Source of the DNA: Callorhinchus milii
Taxonomy: Eukaryota
Reading direction: 5' to 3'
DNA: 64,000 nucleotides
Assembly (NCBI RefSeq): GCF_018977255.1
Contig: NW_024704747.1
Span: 30,194,001 to 30,258,000 of the forward strand
In this document: positions 52,989-64,000 of the stretch, piece after piece
Layout of the letters: each line of letters begins with the position of its first letter
Numbering within the stretch: the stretch's first letter is position 1
The notes under the pieces: model-generated
Seen by the model: only the letters and a program-made list of their open reading frames with translations
Database searches by the model: none
What the model was told of the DNA's origin: nothing
Position numbers and translations under genes: made by a program

Positions 52989-53312
52989 ATAATAATAATA
53001 ATGATCCTTGCATTTGATATAGCGCTTTTCACGTCGGGAGGACGTCCCAAAGCGCTTCACAGAACACACTGTAAAGTGAATTGACTGTATATTTGTGGGC
53101 GAACGCGGCAGCCAATTGCGCACAGCAATGTCCCACAAACAGTCATGGATTGAAAATGACCAATTTATTATTGTTTTGGTTTTGGAGGGATTATTATTAG
53201 GCTCTGTGTGGAGTAAGGAAACTTGCCCAAGGTTTCGCCCTCTGCCTGGAATTGAACTCAGGTCTCTCACTTGCAAAGCGAGTGCTCTAACCACTGAGCT
53301 ACAGGACTCCAC
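52989..53312 (-). mobile_element. Young SINE subfamily B, full length
   Basis: Near-identical to the other B copies. Confidence 0.93.
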
Positions 53313-53771
53313 TATTAGAGATAATTAACTAATATCCTGTTCTCCTGCGATCAATAGAAAAGGAAGTTTCTCCTGATGTCCTGAGCCTGACAATCTTCCA
53401 GATAGATTGGCCATTCACTCCCTGATAATGTGTGTAAAGACCTGCCATGGTCAAATTGACTGCCACACTTGCCCACAAAATATAGTGCTTTATTTGACAA
53501 TGATTACCTGTAAAGCACTTAACAGATGTTTTGGAGTTATTGGCACTATAAAAATGTATAGGCACTATAAAAATGAAAGGATTATTTATTGTTAGTGTTA
53601 TTTATCATCTCCAACCCAAGTGTTTATTCTCCATGAGCCTGGCTATTAGACTCTAGAGACTTCACAGCCAAAGCTGATCATGTCCTCACTTGATCTCTAC
53701 AAACACACACAAGCTATCAGCAGACACCACTTTGAAATCAGAGGTGGGAAGCCTGGCTGACTCTTTTAATT

Positions 53772-53897
53772 ATAATAATAATCATAATAATCCTTACATT
53801 TGATACAGCGCCTTATCACGTCTTCGAGATGTCTCAAAGCGCTTCATAGAGTAAGCACTTTGAGACTTCTCGAAGACGTGATAAGGATTATTATTAT
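53772..53897. repeat. Inverted pair of SINE tails forming a 34-bp hairpin
   Basis: 53811-53844 pairs with 53853-53886, 2 mismatches, 8-nt loop. Confidence 0.85.
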
Positions 53898-55549
53898 CAA
53901 TATATTGTTAGAAACAAGAAAGATGTAGGTTGGGAGAAACTAACATGTTTCAGTGTCTGCATGCCTTCCCTTCTAGCGATAAATTGGTGAGGTTCTCTGC
54001 TTGTGTAGCAGAGGTGAGTTTATTGGGTCGGTCAATATGCATGTAGCTTTCATACAGTAACATGTCTGGTATAAGACAGAGACTGAAACCTCCAGTATTG
54101 CCTTGTGAAAAAAACACATTCATGTTGTTTACCTGTAGGCTGATTGTACTAAATAATTGTTTTGGGTTTTGCATGTTCCTTTCAATATTCGACACAGAAG
54201 TGTGAGGAGCTTGGTGTTGATATGGAAGCAAACACACAGCACTTCAGGATTATTCATTATTGAACTATTTAGTTGCAGTAAATTGCGTTCAGATACAATC
54301 ATTTCAAACGGCCATGTTAAAAAAAAAGCAATTATGCAGATGTGTGCTTTCGTGAGAAGAATATTAACTATTCCACAGATCAACCTGCCGTGTGTTCCTC
54401 TGACTAAGTCTAATACAAACCCGAACTGATACCGGCTTTCATGAAGTTTCTTGGCTATTTGGGGATTGTAATGATATCCCTATCTCGAAGAGATATTAAT
54501 TATGTTGTGAATATTCTGTGGCATCGTTCATCACCAGCGCTTGGATTTATGCTGTGCACAATAATTTCATTCTGTGTGTAAAAAAAACCATGTCGCACTC
54601 CACTGCTGAAACTATTTTGCCTTTGAAAATGATTGTGAAGAGCATTCTCAAGGAATAAACATTTTTTCTTGAGTTCAACCCACACCAAAAAATACTTAAC
54701 TAACAAACGAACAACTTGCACAACTACATTGATTGGCCAGTCATAGCACTAACCATAACACAATCAGGTGTGACTTTCCAATTTGTCATTTGTTAAGTTA
54801 CCCCATTCATGGGATATAAAACACACCCACAAGTCCTCAAAATATGCTCTACAGCATCTGTCTTTGTGAGGCTGGTGCTATTTTCAACTCAAAAGGATAG
54901 TTTGTATTGCTTATACAGGATCCTGCACAGGTACATAAGTGCTTGTATATTGGACCATTTTGAATGTTATGAAGGCAGACATGTACTGTATCTATGGTGA
55001 TATATTCCATGGCATATAATACAGTATTGTGCTCAGAGACTCAAAATGTCACTCTAAACCATTCGTCACTGTACTGTCAGCTTCAGCATGTTCCAATGTT
55101 CCTAAAGTCCTACTGAGAACGATTACATTACACAATACAGTCTCCTGCTGCACCTGAACTTCTTATATGGCAATTATCAATGACATTTAAGGGGTATTTT
55201 AGTGAAGTATAAAGTTTGTCTTTGCACTGCAAATGTCAGCAGTGCAAAATAACAATGCCCGGCAAATTTACGTTTATCACATCAATAACAATGTTTGTCA
55301 CAGGTTCTGTGTCAATATTATTTTACAAAATGATATGAAAATTTAGCTAACTATGTGAGATCTAGAAATGAATTTTACACAAACAGAAATAGCATTTATT
55401 TGCTTACATTGATTTACTTGGTATCTAGATGAGCCCATCAATTCAAGACATATTGAGCAGTTTAAAATCAGCCTTGAGTGACTTAAGCTTAAATCTGACA
55501 GTAAATACATTCAGCCCAGCAAATCAGAAGCTAATAATACTAATACGTG

Positions 55550-55703
55550 AGCAGGAGAGAGAGCGCATTCCATTCCAACAATCTCTCTCTGGGATTTCCA
55601 TGTGTAGGTGGGAGGCCTGGAAATATCAGCTTGGTATGGAGACTCTTAAGCAACGGTGATGGGTTTCCTCACGAGGCAGACACCCGGCTGAGCAGAAAAA
55701 AAA
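55550..55703. mobile_element. Fragment of unclassified TIR family C
   Basis: GAGAGCGCATTCCATTCCAACAATCTCTCTCTGGGATTTCC...GGAGACTCTTAAGCAACGGTGATGGGTTTCC...CAGACACCCGGCTG. Confidence 0.78.
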
Positions 55704-58048
55704 CATCAATGGCCGACTTTATCCAAAGTTGTCAACGTGTGACTGTGTACATTGGCCTTTAAGTCTCATATTCTAAAGAGATAAAGAGATGCTAAAGGCA
55801 AAGAGAGACGGCTGAGATTTTAGTTTTAAAAATCCTTTCCATTCCGCCATTGATTTGCTGCTGAAATGAATGAATGACTGGAGACTGATCCCATGGACAA
55901 ACAGCTTCCATCGCCCTCCATTAATTGAGTGAGTGTTAGCAGGCTATTCTACCATGGGAGGGCTTCACTGCTTAGTTTGTTCTATCCCTCATCCGCAAAG
56001 ATACATTTTCTGGCAGTGGGTTCTATGGATAGTGATCTCTGAGGCAATCATTTATCTGAATTTTCCTTCCTTAAGCGAGGGTTCAGTGAGGCCAATTGAG
56101 GTCCCTATCAGCTGCCCCGACTGAGATCAGACAATGCAGCTCACATCCCGAATTTGCACTGCAACTTTCTAATCTTCGCGGCTTACTGTTACACAGGAGG
56201 TTTTCGGGGGAACTTAAATGCAACCTAAGTAGAAATAAGATGAGGCAAAAAAGCATCAAAAAGTGTGGAATGAGAAAAAGCCATTTAATGTGTCAAACCA
56301 ATTTCTTTCCCAGTCCGTGGACATATTTTACTGTGTCCTCGAGACTCTCTAAGCCAATCAGCCTCCTCTTCTGCATGCATCCCCACAGCATGCCTCATTG
56401 AACTTATCGTATAGGAAGGTTTGTGTGGACAAAAAAAAGTATCATTAGGAACTTGAAAAATAGCTCTTAAAGCAGAGCAGAAAATTCTGAGGGTAACTCA
56501 TCTATATTTCAATGGTTCACGGCAGCCTTTTGTTTCAGGGACATATTTTTTTCCAACACTATGTTTGTTACCCTCTGTCTGAAGATGAACTGATAAGATT
56601 TTATTTGGGTGGGGAATGAGTAAGGATTGTATCCAGTATAAAAGTGATAGTTTTTGTGATCTGTAATGTGTTAGAGATGTGATATTATCGCAGATATATT
56701 TCAACTTCGAGGGAGAATGTGACTGATTTCTTACGAGTCTCTCAACCTCCACAAAAACAAAAGACGCTGATCCTCCCCCGCCTGCCTCCTGGCAATTGTA
56801 ATAGACTGTGTTGCTTCTAAAAATAACTCGCTTCAGCACTGAACCGTAAAGCTATGATTTTTTAAGCTACAAAAAAAACTGTCAATCGTGTGAAGCGATT
56901 GGAGACTCACTCCCAACACGGAAGGTGCTATACCATTCTTACTCTATCAAATGCAAACAGTATTACACTTACTATTATTTATTATTATTGTGTGACTGAG
57001 AATAGATCGTTACCTGTACTGGTTGGTGGCTGCTGGCTGTATACCAGTCCACAAAAACACACAGTCACTACACTTTACAGTATATTCTGTGAAGCGCTTT
57101 GAGACGTCTCGAAGACTTAATAATGCATATATCAAATGCAAGTTTTATTATTATTAATAGTAATATTGGCATTTCATATAGTGCCTTAATTAGTGTTGAA
57201 ATGTTTCAAAGTGCTTCACGTCACAGGATTTAGAGTTTTGTGACTGTATATTTTGTAGGTGAACAGAGTCAAAGTTTCTTGAATATTTTTATTGTTCTAT
57301 TAGTATCCAGTGTCGTGGTCACTTATCTGTTCCAGTACATTAGGATGTGATTAAAGAACCAAGGAGCTGTGTGTTTGCAAGGCCTCACTTATTTAACACT
57401 TTTACAATCGATTCAACACAGTTTTCACATCAAGTTAACGGTGTAGTGCTTCAGACAGGCCATCTGACAGCTATCGGCTTTGGAAGCTCCATACAAAAAC
57501 CACCTCTAGGAAGTAGCTTCAGAACCAATTATTTATGCCCTGATATAACTGCAACATCAATGCAGATGCTCTCTCTCTCTCTCTCTCTCCCTCCCTCCTT
57601 CCCATCGTCAGCACAACATTGACACACGTAAAGCTTTTGAAAAAGCACAGTAATGTCACGTATATCCATTTCAAGCGTTCTTGCGTCATAAGCACAAGTG
57701 CCAAGGTTCCGTGCGTATGAGGATCAGGAAATGTTGAATTAATTCTAATATGAGTTGTGTTAGTGAACAGTTAGCATAAATCAGGTCCACCTCCTGGTAT
57801 AGTTCTAACTACTGGAATCAATGGTAATGTTGAATAATATAGGAAATGCCCAGCTTAATCTTTCTTAATTAAGTTTTGACTTAAAGCCCATTTTATATTT
57901 CATAATCACATGAGAAAATGCTAGGGAACAATTGTTTCAAATCCACAAGCTTTAGAAACGACCTTGTTATAACGTGGGCCAGTGACTTTGCCCGATGTAT
58001 GGAGAGCATCTCTGTTGGGCAGTCAACACAAACAGCTTTCACTGTTTA

Positions 58049-58396
58049 TATAATAATAATAATAATAATAGTAATAATAATAATAATAATCCTTGCATTT
58101 GATATAGCGCTTTTCACGTCTTCTAGATGTCCCAAAGCGCTTCACAGAATATACTGTAAAGTGAATTGACTGTATATTTGTGGGTGAAGGCGACAGCCAA
58201 TTGTGCACAGCAATGTCCCACAAACAGTCGTGGATTGAAAATGACCAATTTATTATTGTTTTTGGTTTTGGAGGATTATTATTAGGCTCTGTGTGGAGTA
58301 AGGAAACTTGCCCAAGGTTTCGCCCTCTGCCTGGGATTGAACTCAGGTCTCTCGCTTGCAAAGCGGTGCTCTAACTATTGAGCTACAGGACTCCAC
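58049..58396 (-). mobile_element. SINE subfamily B with an A-like tail loop and long (TAA)n
   Basis: B-type head and junction, but tail reads GGGACATCTAGAAGACGTGAAAAGCGCT. Confidence 0.9.
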
Positions 58397-59266
58397 AATG
58401 GTCAGCTTGATGCTCAGTCAAAAAAAAGAACTACAGTATCTCTACTCCAACAGTGGGACAAGACATGTATTACTATCAGGATCAGGATTGTCACTGGAAG
58501 TGCTGACAGAGCCCAGATCTTTAGGTGGGTTTTGAGATGCTTTGCCAACAGGAGCTGCTATCAGCAACAATGCAGCGTCAGATTTAAGCAGTCTGATTCA
58601 CCTCTGTTTATTGCTCCATTATATCTCTTTCACCCAGCTCTATCCTGCGTTGGGGCGCTATATAAATACAAGTTGTTGTTGTTCACTTTCTCAGTCACTT
58701 GAAAGGATGGTTCAGAATGGATCATTCAGAATTGGAAGGTTAATATCAGTTTTGTCAGTCGCCTTTTAATCCATTTGAGTCACGGTTTATTGGTGTTTTA
58801 ATTAAATCATTCTAAACGGAATTAATGCAAAATAAAATCATGATCATTTTAAAATCATTTTCAAAACCCTTTGTCATATCCTTAGTTTCAATTATTTGCA
58901 GTTATTTCTGTTGCAATCTGTTAATGAAATACCTCCATTGGGAGCATAATATTCACTGTAATCCAATGGTTCACATTAAGAAAATGCCATTAAATGTACA
59001 TTTGCTGACCCCAATTAGTTGTAATGTCTTGTCTCCCAAGAAGACAGTCACGGAAATCATTGACCCAAGTGTAACACCATTTGGATTTGGTGACAGTGGG
59101 CTGTAAATCAGGACTATTACGGTCCTAAGCATGAGGACAAAAGCAGGATGTATATTATGAAAAATCACCTCAATGATACCACTGATCTCTATTTAAGAAA
59201 AACTTGATGAAATGTACTGCAAAGGGTCACAATCCACTGTTAATCAGAATTAAAAATGTTTTTGCT

Positions 59267-59631
59267 CAGTCAGGTGTCTGACACGTGTGGAAACCCATCA
59301 CCGTGGCTTAAGAGTCTCCAAACTAAGCTGAGAATTCCCCGCCTCCCTCTACACCTGGAAATCCCAGAGAGAGATTGTTGGAATGGAATACGCTCTCTCT
59401 CTCTCTCTCTCTCTCTCTCCCTGGAGGGACGCTCCCCTGCTTACCTAATTTCCGAGAGAATTAGGCTCAGGTTAGCAAGAGCCAAGGCTTGGGGGGGGGG
59501 GGGAGCCCAGAGTGTACGTTGGGGTAACTGCTGAAGTCTAACCAGCTAAACCCACACATAGCTTAGCCATTGAGAGCACTGTCCAGCTGCCTTTCCCCTT
59601 TGGGTTTCTGCTTGTGTCAGACACCTGGCTG
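59267..59631. mobile_element. Family C copy bounded by 31-bp inverted repeats (MITE-like)
   Basis: CAGTCAGGTGTCTGACACGTGTGGAAACCCA (59267-59297) versus reverse complement of 59601-59631, 26/31 identical; internal (TC)n and poly-G. Confidence 0.7.
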
Positions 59632-61345
59632 ACTGAACCCCCCAAAAAGTATCTCAATGATCTGATAAGGCGCTATATCAAATGCAGAAATTATTATTAT
59701 TAGTGTTAAATTGTGCAAACAGGCAGTTTTTCCATTAGAGCAGATGAGTTATGAATCATCGCATATTTTCTTTATAATGTTTCATTTCGGGGGCTGTTTG
59801 CTGATTATCTGCTGCTTCCCCAGACATTTGATTCTTCAAGATTGTTAGAACTAAAGCGTCTTCTGTGAAGATAATATTATTTCATGCCACTGAGAACAAA
59901 TCTTTTTTTTATTAAAACTATTTCATCTCCCAATATCGCCGCTGAAGGCAGTGATTCTTGCTTAGATGAGGGTTAGCAGGAAGAGTTTCTTAAATCAGCT
60001 TAGGACACCAGAAGCATTTAGAAAATAGTGTGATGCAGTAAGAGGAAAATAATAGAGCTGGGTGTTGTGGAAGGATAAAATGGGCACAAAGCCAATTCAT
60101 CCAAACATTTTGTTTGTGGTCTAAAGCTCTAATATCTTGTATCAGCCATTGTCATCGCCTTTCAGTACAGAATAAATGGGTCGATTTATTATGTTGCCTC
60201 AACCTGCTGGGGACTGAAGATGGGTTCAAAATGGCCAAACTGGTTTAACACGGGATCATTACATTTATCCAGAGGCAGGGGAGATTCAACTCCATTCTCA
60301 AAGAGATCACAAGAGTGTGTTAACCCAGTAAGCTTACATTGTTATTGTAGATTGCTGATGGACTGATTCTCCAAACTATTTGTATAAGTCCATCTGACAC
60401 ACGTATTTAATTCTTCATTCTGCTAAATTCATAGTTGAGCATAATAATAATAATCCTTGCATTTGATACAGTGCCTTATCACGTCTTCGAGACGCCTCAA
60501 AGCGCTTCACAGAATTTACTGTAAAGTGGAGTGACTGTGTATTTTGTGGGCCCATTAACAACATGTTAGAGAACCAATGGCACTGCTTATTTGCAATTGC
60601 TGGAGTTAGGAATGGTGCATAACAATCAAAATAGTTCCAACAACAGATCATAAAAGAGTAGGCAAAACTAGTTTGAATACTCAGTGTTGCTGCTGTTACT
60701 CTCAGGTGAGTGTGTGCTTTAATCACAGCTGCCAGTGTTGCAGGAAATCCTATAAAGGTAAATAGCACCACTGCTTAATCTGAGCTACGCATGTGATTTA
60801 TGTGAGTGACGTGACTTGCAAACAAAGAAATCTTGACTCAGTCAATAGCCTCATAATGAAGTCTGGCTCTGTAATGAAATTATAATATATTTGATTAGGC
60901 ACCATCTGTATCTGCAGAGATCTCTGCTCAATTATTGTAAATACAGAGTCTGCTTCTCTCGGATATATTACACTAATTTATTTTTATTAAAGATATGAAA
61001 TAAAAGCTTTCTGACAAGGATCACTGTCCGTTTGTACAACTGCCGGGGTATTGACTTGGACTGAAATTGGAACTGAAGGTAAACCATACTTTCAACAACA
61101 ATAGGGCAATCCCAGCTCTTCCTATTCATTTGGAATTGAAAGCAGGTAAAAGTGTGTGATGTGAGTAATCGGAGCCGAGGCTACAGATCACTATCCTAGG
61201 AGAAGATGCTATTTTTAACGTCTTCCTGTCATGTAAGCACGCAATCACTGTTGGAGAGAGATATTGCCAGTAAAGCAGTTTTATAGCCAACGACTCTTAA
61301 CCTGCCATTTTGTGAGCTCTTGAGAATTCAATTGCTGTTTGTTAG

Positions 61346-61797
61346 TAGTCCTGTAGCTCAGTGGTTAGAGCACTCTCCTTGCAAGCGAGAGGACCCGGGT
61401 TTGATTCCCGGGCAGGACAAAACATTGGGCAAGTTTCCTTACTCCACACGCCTCTGTTTACCAGCAGTAAGTAGGAACCCGGTTGTTAGTCGATTGGCGG
61501 ATCGATTTTCCAGGGGTAATAATCCCTTCAAACAAATTAAATAAAAATAATTTGGTCACTCAATCCATGACTGTTTGTGTGACGTTGCTGTGTGCAATTG
61601 ACTGCCACGTTTGGCCCACAAAATACACAGTCAACTCACTTTACAGTAGTTACAGTAAGATGTCCAGCGCCTTGGGAAATCCTCCCGACGCGCTTTACAA
61701 ATGTAATTTTGTTGTTGTTGTATATTCTATGAAGAGTTTTGAGACGTCTCAAAGACATGATAAGGCACTACATCAAGTGCAAGGATTATTATTACTA
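61346..61797 (+). mobile_element. Full-length family A SINE with an L2 tail nested at about 61649-61720
   Basis: SINE interrupted at TTACAGTA|TATTCT by CAGCGCCTTGGGAAATCCTCCCGACG...(TTG)n. Confidence 0.85.
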
Positions 61798-63157
61798 ATA
61801 GGAGCTTCTATGTAGATTGCAAATTAGATTGCAACTACAAATTCATAAAGTGGAAACTAATTTATTTTCTGCTCATTTATTGATTGCCCGACTATCAATC
61901 GATCAGCGCGGACGCTTTTGGCTTTAGGAAATCTCTGCGTGTTGATCTGTTAAAGGGCTAGGAGTAGAATTGTGCCGTGTGACTGTACCACATTCCTGGT
62001 AGTTCAGCGGGAAGAGAATAAACACGAGGAGTTTGGTAAAGCCCCCTCTGAGCTAAATGTGCTATGGATCCATGGATTGATCCAGTTATTCTCTGCAGTT
62101 GGAGGAAGATGAATGTTTTGATTGCGTAATAGCCTGTTGTATATAAAGGTCACGGCTCTGCATTTCTGTGAAACCAAAACAATGCCATTGATTTGGGCTC
62201 TTGATAGCTACAATGGTCTGAGGGTTTGAACAGGTCAGCCCCGAAGAGTGAACCAGAGGTCAATGCTTCCTCACACAATTTGTAGCACAAGCTTATGTAT
62301 GTACCGACTGTTTAATCAACTGTTATTTACCTTTATATATATTATTAAAGGTCAGTCACAGCGAGATTCTTCTGGAACTGCACCGACACAGATTCATTTC
62401 AAACCCAAATATAACCGAACACTACACAGTACATCTTTCCTGCACTGAATGAACATACGGTAATGAATATCAGGGCTATCTCTGGCATTAATCATATATA
62501 CTGTGTGCACTCACCAAACAGCCTTTGGTGGGTAAAAGGCTGAGGATTTTACAGTTTGCCTCTCCAAAAATAATCAGCAGCGAGTGCAATAGAAATGAGG
62601 TTTGTGCTGTCTGTTCTTTTACCATAGTTCGCCATCATTTACTCGGCCCTCAATCAAATCTACTTTACATACTTTACAGAAGTACAAATCTACTTTACAT
62701 AACACTGCTGTGTGCAATTGGCTGCCGCGTTTCGCCCACAAAATACAAAGTCAATTCACATTACAGTATATTCTGTGCTCATTGAGGGCTCTATATCAAA
62801 TGTAAGGATTATCATTATTAGAATTATTATCAGAATAGGTCCCAAAGGCCACTTTCTAGCATTGTTCACACTGCCTACATTCGCACTCTTATTTGCACTG
62901 TTCAGTTTTCCTGGGTGGTTGATGTGTAATAAATGATTGTTGACAATGCACTTCCTAATCTTACTGTGGTTTGAAATGAAGGTTGTGTGTGGAGGCGCCA
63001 TAGAATGCTAGGATGTAATTTGACGTGTTTGCCTGACTGTGTGGGTGTTTCCCTGAGTAACTTACTCAATCAGATCAAAGTGTGAGCTTTGTCTTAAGTT
63101 GTACAACCAAAAAAAATGCTGTTTCTCGCAAGCATAGAGTCGTTCAAGATGACAATC

Positions 63158-63254
63158 ACACACACACACACTCATACACACTCACACACATACTCACACA
63201 CATATACACACAGACACACACACACATACACACATACACATACTCACGCACACT
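63158..63254. repeat. Imperfect (CA)n microsatellite
   Basis: CA runs interrupted by CT/TA. Confidence 0.95.
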
Positions 63255-63974
63255 CTGTATTTTTAACAGGCACATGTCCTTTTTATCTGCAAACTCGGAA
63301 TATTTTAGTGACTCTGAATACAGAAAAAACCTTGCTGTGAAACAGGGAAATGCCAAAGGGTATTGACATAACCAGCACTAACCAGCCATTTTGTGCACGT
63401 TTAAACCTATTTGACTCTTTTCTCAATAGCCTGCTCTGTTAATTTCTATTTCAGCCGTTATGTATCGAGATAATACATTGTACTTACCGACAACAATAAG
63501 CTGCCTTTATTGCGAAGCATTTAAGTGCAAACATCATGTAATATCTTCCAAATGGAAAACAAACAGAGCATTAACCTTTGATGAGGTCAAATATAAAAAC
63601 TGGTAGGGTCAAATATAAAAATCGTGATTATACAGCAGTTCAATTATGAGACATTCTCAAAATGCGCTAATGAACTTGTAACTGGTTTATTAAATATCAG
63701 GCAGCCCATCTGGAAGCAAGGAGATCCAGTTTGTTTTAATTTGCTGATATTGTTGACCAATGCTGTAAGTGTTAGAGAGAGCACATCCTCAACATGCCGG
63801 CAAAAAGCAGCTGTCACTTGATCTTAAGCGAACCAGTTCAGCACCTCATACAGAGCTGTCATATTACATTAAGGTACAGTGCGGGAAATCATCAGATTCA
63901 TCAAAAAAGGATGAGATGTGCCCTATTGGTTTGAATCTGAAGACCTTCCTCTTTGAACGCACTTATGATCAACT

Positions 63975-64000
63975 CTTCCCTCCTTCCCTCCTTCCCTCCC
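63975..64000. repeat. (CCTT/CCCT)n simple repeat at window end
   Basis: CTTCCCTCCTTCCCTCCTTCCCTCCC. Confidence 0.85.

Larger units (their letters stand above)
18902..64000 (+). other. KCNH7: KCNH7 intron 2, apparently continuing past the window end
   Basis: No exon encoding the expected continuation (GSTF/CF...PVKNxxG...FIxNFE) was seen; human KCNH7 intron 2 is also very long. Confidence 0.7.

Noticed and set aside
53542-53575. Short direct duplications (also 62654-62701 and 63584-63622)
   Set aside because: Two-copy local slippage duplications with no array structure.
63838-63860. Second RE1-like site TTCAGCACCTCATACAGAGC
   Set aside because: The right half-site lacks the critical GG (ATACAG instead of GGACAG).

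Overview
Vertebrate genomic DNA, most likely from a cartilaginous fish (a chimaera such as Callorhinchus milii is my best guess; this rests on repeat content and assembly style and is not verified). The only protein-coding sequence I can support is coding exons 1 (14952-15027) and 2 (18671-18901) of the ERG-family potassium channel gene KCNH7 (ERG3/Kv11.3) on the + strand, encoding the N-cap and most of the PAS domain. Positions 1-14 kb are upstream sequence and 18.9-64 kb is a long intron 2; I did not find exon 3. A canonical-spacing RE1/NRSE (REST) site lies about 1.1 kb upstream of the ATG. The rest is dense in repeats: roughly 50 copies or fragments of tRNA-headed SINEs with a shared Deu-type/L2-type 3' half (an old SacSINE1-like form, a main tRNA-Ala-headed form, and a young subfamily whose tail stem-loop matches the local L2 LINE), L2 and CR1 LINE fragments, several small TIR elements, and two tiny Penelope-type insertions with target-site duplications, one carrying a complete minimal hammerhead ribozyme core. 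Nearly all ORFs in the supplied track are spurious or repeat-derived. Repeat boundaries were read by eye and are approximate unless exact motifs are quoted.
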